Source: Actinophytocola sp. (GTDB lineage: Bacteria; Actinomycetota; Actinomycetes; Mycobacteriales; Pseudonocardiaceae). Taken from it: a stretch of 64,000 nucleotides of DNA. The notes below the pieces were generated by a model that searched no databases, was not told where the DNA came from, and saw only the letters and a list, made by a program, of their open reading frames with translations. Positions 9,233 to 15,423 of the stretch are shown here, piece by piece; the stretch's first letter is position 1; every line of letters starts with the position of its first letter. The position numbers and the translations under genes are program-made. The DNA is taken from contig WHTY01000015.1 in NCBI GenBank assembly GCA_009377475.1, positions 1,479 to 65,478 on the forward strand, in the 5' to 3' direction.

Positions 9233-9508
9233 ATGACGATTACTGGGCTGCTCAGCGCGCTGCTTGTCGGTGTGGTCATCGGTGCGCTGGCACGACTGAT
9301 CCTTCCTGGTAAGCAGGCGATCGGCATAATCGCGACGATCCTGGTCGGTATCCTGGCCGCGCTGCTTGGTACCTGGCTGACCAATCAGATGGGTATCGGT
9401 GACGCCTCCGGCTACGACGTGTTCGAGCTGATCGCTCAGGTCGCGCTCGCCGTGATCGGCGTCGGGGCGGTGTCTGGCTTCCTGCGCCGGTCGAAGTCCA
9501 AGGTCTAA
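9233..9508 (+). CDS. GlsB/YeaQ/YmgE-family (transglycosylase-associated) small membrane protein
   Basis: 91 aa with three hydrophobic helices and the family-typical sequence LLVGVVIGALARLILPGKQ. Confidence 0.8.
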   Translation: MTITGLLSALLVGVVIGALARLILPGKQAIGIIATILVGILAALLGTWLTNQMGIGDASGYDVFELIAQVALAVIGVGAVSGFLRRSKSKV

Positions 9509-9573
9509 CGGCGCGGCGTCACCGGCTCGCGGCTCGCGGCACGTGCGGGACCGTCACGCCGCTCCGCCGGACG

Positions 9574-11061
9574 TCACTGCCAGATGTGCCGCCGTCGTCC
9601 CCACAGCGCGACGATGCCGATGACACCCGCGATGGGCAGCAAGACGATCCCCGGCAACTGGTACCGCCAGGAGAACTCGAACGCCGCCGAGGCGAACAGG
9701 ATGGTCACCGCCATGCCGACCGACAGCAACGCCGCCGACCGGAGTCCGCTGGTGCGGGCGCGTCCGACGCCGAGCATGGCGGCGATCGCGATCAGCCCGA
9801 ACGTCGCGAGCAGCGGACCAGGCGTGTAACCGACGCTGAACTGGTACGAGCGCAGGAATGACCCGATCGCGGGAAGGCCGGACGGCGGCTCGCCCGAGTA
9901 CTGCTGCGAGTACACCACCGTGATGTTCCGGTGGTTGTAGTACTGGTACTCGCGCTGGAAATGCCAGCGTGCCACGCTGACGTCGTTGGGCGCGTCGGTG
10001 CGGGCGGGCCGGAACCCCTTGATGAAGTCGACGACGACCGCGCCGAGGACGTCGAGCGGCTGCTGGCGCACGACCTCCCAGCCAAACTCCTGCTGCACGC
10101 GCGGGATGTTGGTGCCGGGCGGGAACGTCGCCACCCACTCCTCGTCCGCGGCTCGGTGCGCGTAGGAGTCCGGCCGCCGCTGGCTGACGGGTTCCGTCGG
10201 GCAGGCGAGCCGCAGGGTCGGGGTGAGGTCCAACTCGGCGCAGTCCGCGACGACCGCGCCCCTGCTGTAGAGCACGTTCGCCGATGAGTTGCTCAGCCCG
10301 ACCGTGCCGGTCTGGGTGTAGAAGTACCCGGCGTAGGAGCCGATGACGACGGCGAACAGCGCGAGGAACGCGCCGGTGCGTTGCGCGATCAGTCGCAGGG
10401 CGTCGCGGTCACGCCAGGCGCGCCACGCACCGCCCGCGATGAGCAGGTAGATCACCGCTGGCACCACGAGCGAGATCGCGATCACCCTGATCGCCACGGC
10501 GATGCCGAGCAGGAGTCCGGCCAGCGCGGCCCGGCGGGCGTTTGGTGCGCCGGTGGTGGAGCGGGTGCCGAGCAGCAGCCACAGCATCGCGACGAGCGCG
10601 ACCAACAGCCAGATGTCGGACATGATCATCTGCTCGATCTGCACGATGTAGGCGTCGAGCAGCACCGGGGCCGCGGCGATGGCGGCAAGCCACGTCGGCG
10701 CGCGCAGCCGCAACGCCAGCGCGTACAACGCCACCGCACAGCCGAGACCGGCGATGTGCTGCACGGCGGACACCAGATCGAGGCCGCCGACCGACAGCAG
10801 CGGACTCAGCACGAGCAGGTCGTAGCCGATCGGATGCAGCCCGGCCGGGTCGTGCACACCGATGTTGTCCAGGTACCGGAACGAGTCGTAGTACAACAAC
10901 GCGGGCTGATACGCCAGCCATGCCAGAACGCGCAGCGCGGCACCCCCGGCGAGCAGGATGGCAAGCAGCCAGTGCCTGGTGAGAATGCCGCGCACGCGTG
11001 ATCCCGGCGACTCGGACCCGAGTCCGGTGTCGCGGACTGCTATTGCTTGGTTCGTTTCCAC
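9574..11061 (-). CDS. Polytopic GT-C-fold membrane glycosyltransferase (ArnT/PMT-like), putative
   Basis: The track ORF is trimmed to the GTG at 11061 (GAAGG upstream). This start overlaps the upstream gene end by 22 nt. The protein has multiple TM helices, an acidic first-loop motif (YYDSFRYLD), and a large extracytoplasmic domain before the last TM helices. The family assignment is by architecture only. Confidence 0.55.
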   Translation of the reverse strand: METNQAIAVRDTGLGSESPGSRVRGILTRHWLLAILLAGGAALRVLAWLAYQPALLYYDSFRYLDNIGVHDPAGLHPIGYDLLVLSPLLSVGGLDLVSAVQHIAGLGCAVALYALALRLRAPTWLAAIAAAPVLLDAYIVQIEQMIMSDIWLLVALVAMLWLLLGTRSTTGAPNARRAALAGLLLGIAVAIRVIAISLVVPAVIYLLIAGGAWRAWRDRDALRLIAQRTGAFLALFAVVIGSYAGYFYTQTGTVGLSNSSANVLYSRGAVVADCAELDLTPTLRLACPTEPVSQRRPDSYAHRAADEEWVATFPPGTNIPRVQQEFGWEVVRQQPLDVLGAVVVDFIKGFRPARTDAPNDVSVARWHFQREYQYYNHRNITVVYSQQYSGEPPSGLPAIGSFLRSYQFSVGYTPGPLLATFGLIAIAAMLGVGRARTSGLRSAALLSVGMAVTILFASAAFEFSWRYQLPGIVLLPIAGVIGIVALWGRRRHIWQ

Positions 11062-12191
11062 TGCACCTTCGGATGCATCTTCTCGACGTCGACCCGATGC
11101 TTGTTCGCTTCGACGATGCCGAACATCGACTCGATCAACGTATCCGACAGCAGGTGTGGCTTGAGACCCAGCTCCTCGAGCCCGGTGTGGGTGACGTTGT
11201 AGTAGTGCTCCGCCTGCTCGACCCTCGGGTTGTCGAGGTGGTCGATCTGCACCGGCCCGGGGAACGCCTCGGCGACCGTGTCGGCGATCTGGCGCACCGA
11301 CTTGCTCTCGGTCATCTGGTTGAACACCCGGAACTCGCCCTTGTCCGCGGGGTTCTCGACCGCGAGGCGGATGCACTCGGCGGTGTCGCGGATGTCGATG
11401 ATGCCTCGGGTCTGCCCGCCGGTGCCGTACACGGTCAACGGCTGGCCAAGCACCGCCTGGATGACGAACCGGTTCAGCACGGTGCCGAACACGTCGTCGT
11501 AGTCGAAGCGGGTCGCCAGCCGCTCGTCGCGGGCGGTCTGCTCGGTCTCTTGGCCGTAGACAACGCCCTGGTTCAGGTCGGTGGCGCGCAGGCCCCAGAT
11601 GCGGCAGGTGAACTCGATGTTGTGCGAGTCGTGCACCTTGGACAGGTGGTAGAACGACCCCGGCTTCTTCGGGTAGAGTATGCGGTCCTTGCGGCCCTTG
11701 TGCTCGACCTCGAGCCAGCCTTCCTCGATGTCGATGTTGGGCGTGCCGTACTCACCCATCGTGCCGAGCTTGACCAGGTGGATCTCCGGGTCGATCTCGG
11801 CGATCGCGAACAGCAGGTTCAGGTTGCCGATCACGTTGTTGTGTTGCGTGTAGACGGCGTGCTCGCGGTCGATCATCGAGTACGGCGCCGCCCGCTGCTC
11901 GGCGAAGTGCACCACCGCGTCCGGACGGAACTCCCGCAGCGTGCGGTAGACGAAGTCGGCGTCGAGCAGGTCACCGACGTAGCAGTCGATGTGCTTGCCC
12001 GAGACCTCCTCCCACGCCTTGACCCGCGTCTCGATCGTCTCGATCGGGGCCAGACTGTCGACCCCGAGCTCCTCGTCGTAGTTGCGCCGGACGAGGTTGT
12101 CGAGCACACCGACGTCATGGCCTCGGTCGGACAGATGCAGTGCCGTCGGCCAGCCGAGATAGCCGTCGCCGCCTAGGACTAGGACTCGCAA
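11040..12191 (-). CDS. UDP-sulfoquinovose synthase (SQD1/Agl3)-like NAD-dependent sugar-nucleotide dehydratase
   Basis: 383 aa. There are long near-identical stretches to plant SQD1 as I remember it: LVKLGTMGEYGTPNIDIEEG, SFYHLSKVHDSHNI, RATDLNQGVVYG and FAEQRAAPYSMIDR. The start codon is TTG at 12191, preceded by GGAG. Confidence 0.8.
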   Translation of the reverse strand: MRVLVLGGDGYLGWPTALHLSDRGHDVGVLDNLVRRNYDEELGVDSLAPIETIETRVKAWEEVSGKHIDCYVGDLLDADFVYRTLREFRPDAVVHFAEQRAAPYSMIDREHAVYTQHNNVIGNLNLLFAIAEIDPEIHLVKLGTMGEYGTPNIDIEEGWLEVEHKGRKDRILYPKKPGSFYHLSKVHDSHNIEFTCRIWGLRATDLNQGVVYGQETEQTARDERLATRFDYDDVFGTVLNRFVIQAVLGQPLTVYGTGGQTRGIIDIRDTAECIRLAVENPADKGEFRVFNQMTESKSVRQIADTVAEAFPGPVQIDHLDNPRVEQAEHYYNVTHTGLEELGLKPHLLSDTLIESMFGIVEANKHRVDVEKMHPKVQWKRTKQ

Positions 12192-12523
12192 AATCGCTCC
12201 ACTCCCCGAAAGATCGGTTTGGCGCCTACGGCAGCCCGTGCAGTCCGGCCGACGTCAGCCATGGCACCGCCAAAGGTAGCCCGATGCTATCGATATCCGG
12301 TCGCTGATGTTAATCACATCGCGGATTCGGTGGAAGGACGGGGTGCTTGGCGCGCGTCCGGCGGCGTGACCAGGCAAAAGAAAGTGTAAAGATTCCGCAT
12401 AGCGCGGCGAATGGAGTGGCCCGGTCGTCCCAGCGACACGGACGGTGGAACGATGGGTACCGTTCGGACGGTCGATGCTGTTCGTGGCGCACCGCGAACC
12501 ACGGGAACCTGGCGGATGAGGCG

Positions 12524-13000
12524 ATGACGAAGTTGGCACCAACCGGGCACCGGAAGCAGCGGCTCCTGCTGTGGGGCCGGTACACCGGCGCGTCGGTCGT
12601 CGCCGCCGCGACCAGCGAGGTGGCGATCCTGACGGCGTATGGCCTCGGTTTGACGGCGTTTGTCGCCAGCGTGATCGCGTTCGTCTCTGGCGCGATCCCG
12701 AACTACATGCTCAACCGGCGCTGGGCGTGGCAACAGCGGGGTAAAGCCGACCGCAAGCGTGAGACGCTGCCCTACGTCGTCATCGTGGTCATCACGGCGC
12801 TGACCGCCATCGGTGTCACGACGCTGGCCGACCACTGGGCGCAGGCGTACCTCGACTCGCACCTGTGGCGCACCGTGCTCGTCGGCGCGGTCTACCTCGG
12901 CACCTACGGGTGCATGTTCATTCTGAAGTTCGTGCTGTTCGACCGGCTCATCTTTGTGAACCGCGCAGCACGTACTCCCGAAGCCACGTCCCCGTCATGA
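12524..13000 (+). CDS. GtrA-family membrane protein (polyprenyl-phosphate-sugar flippase-like)
   Basis: The track ORF is trimmed to the ATG at 12524. The product is 158 aa with four TM helices and the NYMLNRRWAW motif typical of GtrA. Confidence 0.75.
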   Translation: MTKLAPTGHRKQRLLLWGRYTGASVVAAATSEVAILTAYGLGLTAFVASVIAFVSGAIPNYMLNRRWAWQQRGKADRKRETLPYVVIVVITALTAIGVTTLADHWAQAYLDSHLWRTVLVGAVYLGTYGCMFILKFVLFDRLIFVNRAARTPEATSPS

Positions 13001-13790
13001 CCCTGGCGTAGTTCGCGCCGTAGCGCAGGCTCTTGCCCTTCTTGCTCGTGCCGTTGTTGCGCAGCCGCATGCTCATCGGCAGCTCCCGCAGCCGCGCGCC
13101 ACGCGCGAGCACACCGAGCAGCAGTTCGGACGCCTGGTACTGCGGCTCGGTCAGCGTCACCGAGCAGGCCAGCTCGGCGCGCATCGCGCGGAAGCCGAAC
13201 GAGGTGTCGGTGATCTTGCGCAGCGTCAGCAGCGAGGCGAGCCAGGCGAACACCCGCACGCCGACCCAGCGGACCCGGTCGTCGGACTCCTCGAGCCCGA
13301 GCCTGCGCGAGCCGGTGACGAAGTCCGCCTCGTCATCGACAAGCGGCCCGATGAGGGTAGCCATCTCGGCGTTGTCGTACTGGCCGTCGGCGTCGGTGGT
13401 GACGATGTAGGTCGCGCCGCACTCGGCGGCGAGGTGGTAGCCGAGCCGCAGCGCCGCGCCCTGGCCCCGGTTGGTGTCAGCCACGCAGGTGTAGGCGCCC
13501 TGGGCGCGGGCAACATCGGCGGTCTCGTCGGTCGCGCCGTCCACCACGACAAGGACGTCGACGTCCATGCCGTGGACCTGTTTGGGCATGTCCGCGAGCA
13601 CCGGGCCGAGGCCGTCCTGCTCGTTGAACGCCGCGATCACCACGACCAATTCGGACAGCGTGGGCTGCTGGTAGCGGGCGTGGAACTCCGCGACCGCGCG
13701 CGCGTCGACGTCGTCCGGGTAGGACGCCAGCCCCCGGCGTGTGGTGTTGACGCCGGGTCGCTCGCTCTCGACTTCCGTCGTGATGGTCAC
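12948..13790 (-). CDS. Family-2 glycosyltransferase (DPM1/GtrB-like polyprenyl-phosphate sugar synthase candidate)
   Basis: The track ORF is trimmed to the GTG at 13790, which forms a GTGA overlap with the epimerase stop. Motifs VVIAAFNE and TTDADGQYD (DxD) are present. Confidence 0.8.
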   Translation of the reverse strand: MTITTEVESERPGVNTTRRGLASYPDDVDARAVAEFHARYQQPTLSELVVVIAAFNEQDGLGPVLADMPKQVHGMDVDVLVVVDGATDETADVARAQGAYTCVADTNRGQGAALRLGYHLAAECGATYIVTTDADGQYDNAEMATLIGPLVDDEADFVTGSRRLGLEESDDRVRWVGVRVFAWLASLLTLRKITDTSFGFRAMRAELACSVTLTEPQYQASELLLGVLARGARLRELPMSMRLRNNGTSKKGKSLRYGANYARVMTGTWLREYVLRGSQR

Positions 13791-14746
13791 TCCTGCTTTC
13801 CCTCCGCCGAGGACACCGTCTCCTGAAAGTATCGCCACGTGCTCGCCAGACCATCGACGAGGCCAACCGAAGGGCGGTAGCCGATGGTCTCCGCGCTGCG
13901 GCTGACGGCCACGATCACGGCGGGCATTTCGCCGCCCGGCGCTGGCACGTGCTCGGCGGGCACCGGACGCCCGGTCGCCTGCCGGACCGCCTCGATCATC
14001 TCCAGCACCGACACCGAGCGGCCCGCGCCGACGATCGCCCGTCCGGTGTAGCCGCTGTCCCACGCCAGCAGGATTGCCCGCACGACGTCGTCGATATGCA
14101 CCAGGTCGCGCTTCTGCTGCCCGTCGCCGTAGACCTTGACGCCGTCCCCGGACAGCGCGGCCCGCATCATCCTGGGCACAAAGCTGTCCTTGTGGCCCAT
14201 GCCGGGGCCGTAGACGTTGGTGAACCGCAGCGCGCACGTCGTCATCCCATACGCGCCCGCGTAGCCCGACAGCAGCATCTCGCACGCCGCCTTCGTCGCC
14301 CCATAGGGTGTCAACGGCCGCAGCGGCAGGTCGTCGGTGATGGTGCCGGTGCCGACGTCGCCCACCACGGCGTTCGTTGAGGCGAGGACGAACTTCTCAA
14401 CGCCGCGTTGGCGGGCCAGTTCCAGCAGCCCCTGGGTGACCGCGACGTTGTCGGTGTAGGTCTGCGCCGGCCGATCCACCGACTTGAGCACCGACGTCAA
14501 CGCCGCCAGGTGCACGACCCCGGTCGTGTCGTCGCCGAGCGCCGCGTCGCGGACGTCGGGATCGGCGAGATCGCCGTGGATGTAGCGGACACCATCGAGC
14601 GGCTTGACCGCCTGCTCACGGTCAGCGACCGTCACGGCGATTCCGCGCTCCAGGAACGCGGCGACCGTGGCCTGACCGATGAACCCACAACCCCCGGTGA
14701 CCAGCACGCGGTCCTGCTGCCGCGCTGGCGTGTTCTGCCCTGTCAT
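13787..14746 (-). CDS. NAD-dependent epimerase/dehydratase (UDP-sugar 4-epimerase-like)
   Basis: Rossmann motif VLVTGGCGFIG and catalytic YGATK. The start is taken at the ATG at 14746 (MTGQNTPARQQDRVLVTGG). Confidence 0.85.
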   Translation of the reverse strand: MTGQNTPARQQDRVLVTGGCGFIGQATVAAFLERGIAVTVADREQAVKPLDGVRYIHGDLADPDVRDAALGDDTTGVVHLAALTSVLKSVDRPAQTYTDNVAVTQGLLELARQRGVEKFVLASTNAVVGDVGTGTITDDLPLRPLTPYGATKAACEMLLSGYAGAYGMTTCALRFTNVYGPGMGHKDSFVPRMMRAALSGDGVKVYGDGQQKRDLVHIDDVVRAILLAWDSGYTGRAIVGAGRSVSVLEMIEAVRQATGRPVPAEHVPAPGGEMPAVIVAVSRSAETIGYRPSVGLVDGLASTWRYFQETVSSAEGKQE

Positions 14747-14898
14747 GGCGGTCAACCTACACGGGAACCCGAATTGCCCCTTCAATGGTTCCACTCGCGG
14801 GCAACCTGAGCTTTCCGGAGTCGATCGATCACGCTACGTTGTCTGTAGCTACCAATCCGACGGCCGCCTATTCACCCCGCTGACGAGGAGTACACCCT

Positions 14899-15159
14899 AT
14901 GGCCGGTGTTGAGGAGATCCGCGCGGGCATCGCGCTCGCCAACGAGAAGGCATCCGCCAGCATCGCCGCACTGCAACAGGCAGCCCAGTCGCTCGAGGAA
15001 GCCCAGCAGTCGCTCGCGGAGGCCACCTCGGGCTCCTCCCAGGACGAAGTGAACCAGGCGCACGGCCTGCTCGCCGAGGCGTTGCAGAGCATCACCGGGA
15101 CGCAGAGCACGATCCAGGCGTGCATGTCCTCGGCTGACGCCTACTCCGCGCGGCTGTAA
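14899..15159 (+). CDS. Small helix-loop-helix protein (Esx/WXG100-like size and shape, no WXG motif)
   Basis: 86 aa. GAGGAG lies 9 nt upstream of the ATG. The protein is Ala/Gln/Glu-rich and helical with a central SGSSQDE loop. Its C-terminal tail is DAYSARL. Confidence 0.7.
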   Translation: MAGVEEIRAGIALANEKASASIAALQQAAQSLEEAQQSLAEATSGSSQDEVNQAHGLLAEALQSITGTQSTIQACMSSADAYSARL

Positions 15160-15164
15160 CGCTG

Positions 15165-15419
15165 ATGTCGCTCGACGGCCTTCACCACGCCCTCGCCGCT
15201 GTCCACACCGGGCTCGGGGACGCCAGCGCCCAGCTCGCCAGCGCCACGCGGCTGCTGGCGCAGGCCCGTCGCGCGATGCGGGACGCTCAGCTCGCCCACG
15301 CGGGCGGCGAGCCGTGGCTGCCCACGCAACTCGACGCGGCGCTTGACGAGCTGGAGCACCAACGCGGCAGGCTCGCGGACGCCGGTGACCTGCTCGACGC
15401 CTACCAGGCGAGGTTGTGA
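15165..15419 (+). CDS. Small helix-loop-helix protein, paralogue of the preceding gene
   Basis: 84 aa. It starts 5 nt after the previous stop. It has a central GGEPWLP loop and the C-terminal tail DAYQARL. Confidence 0.65.
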   Translation: MSLDGLHHALAAVHTGLGDASAQLASATRLLAQARRAMRDAQLAHAGGEPWLPTQLDAALDELEHQRGRLADAGDLLDAYQARL

Positions 15420-15423
15420 TCGC

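Noticed and set aside
12192-12523. A riboswitch upstream of gtrA.
   Set aside because: I could not match the sequence to any riboswitch consensus I know. It is kept only as a low-interest structured-leader possibility.
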